64,000 nucleotides of DNA, taken from Saccostrea echinata (Eukaryota). The DNA lies in contig NW_026889796.1 in NCBI RefSeq assembly GCF_033153115.1, forward strand, positions 13,950,001-14,014,000, given 5' to 3'. The notes below the pieces were generated by a model. That model was given only the letters and a program-made list of their open reading frames with translations. It had not been told where the DNA came from and did not search any database. This document shows, in pieces, positions 63,785-64,000 of this stretch. Numbering within the stretch: the first letter of the stretch is position 1; every line of letters starts with the position of its first letter. The position numbers were made by a program, and so were the translations under genes.

Positions 63785-64000
63785 TTAACCAACAGAATTT
63801 TCCTCACCTGAGCTAAAAGCTCATGCTTATCAAATCACTTGTTATTCATTGTCTATCCATCTTCCTATCTCCTTGTAAGCTTTTCACATTCCTTATTATT
63901 CTCCAGAACATCTGCACCAATTTAAATAAACTGGGCACCAAGAATGGCATATGTGAAGGGAATTAAAAAGGAGAGAGCATCGTAGAAATCACATTGTACA

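Overview
AT-rich eukaryotic DNA, almost certainly bivalve (oyster-like repeat families), with 8 assembly gaps. No rRNA, tRNA gene or CRISPR array is supported. From left to right: (1) a minus-strand ORF running off the left edge. (2) An ~11.5 kb foldback-like structure (498-12049) whose inverted arms each end in an array of a palindromic 33-bp satellite. (3) A four-unit tandem duplication (~13.7-44.4 kb). Each unit carries a 4-exon gene for a secreted, Cys-rich ~173-aa protein with a PPPDE/DeSI/LRAT-type (permuted NlpC/P60) His...NC catalytic signature; two copies are intact and two disabled. Units 1 and 2 also carry a divergently oriented spliced 59-aa microprotein gene (one intact, one pseudogene) that the ORF track misses. 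(4) A near-intact Ngaro/DIRS tyrosine-recombinase retrotransposon (gag, RT-RNaseH, YR, SGNH hydrolase) inserted in unit 1, with a candidate UUU_CGG +1 frameshift site at the gag/pol junction. (5) Three Penelope-like elements, one with a clear minimal hammerhead ribozyme. (6) A secreted Thr/Ser/Pro-rich gene. (7) Many non-autonomous elements: mariner, Tc1, Kolobok-like, hAT-like, MITEs, Helentron-type HINEs and tRNA-SINEs. Family names come from motif recognition only; no database search was run.
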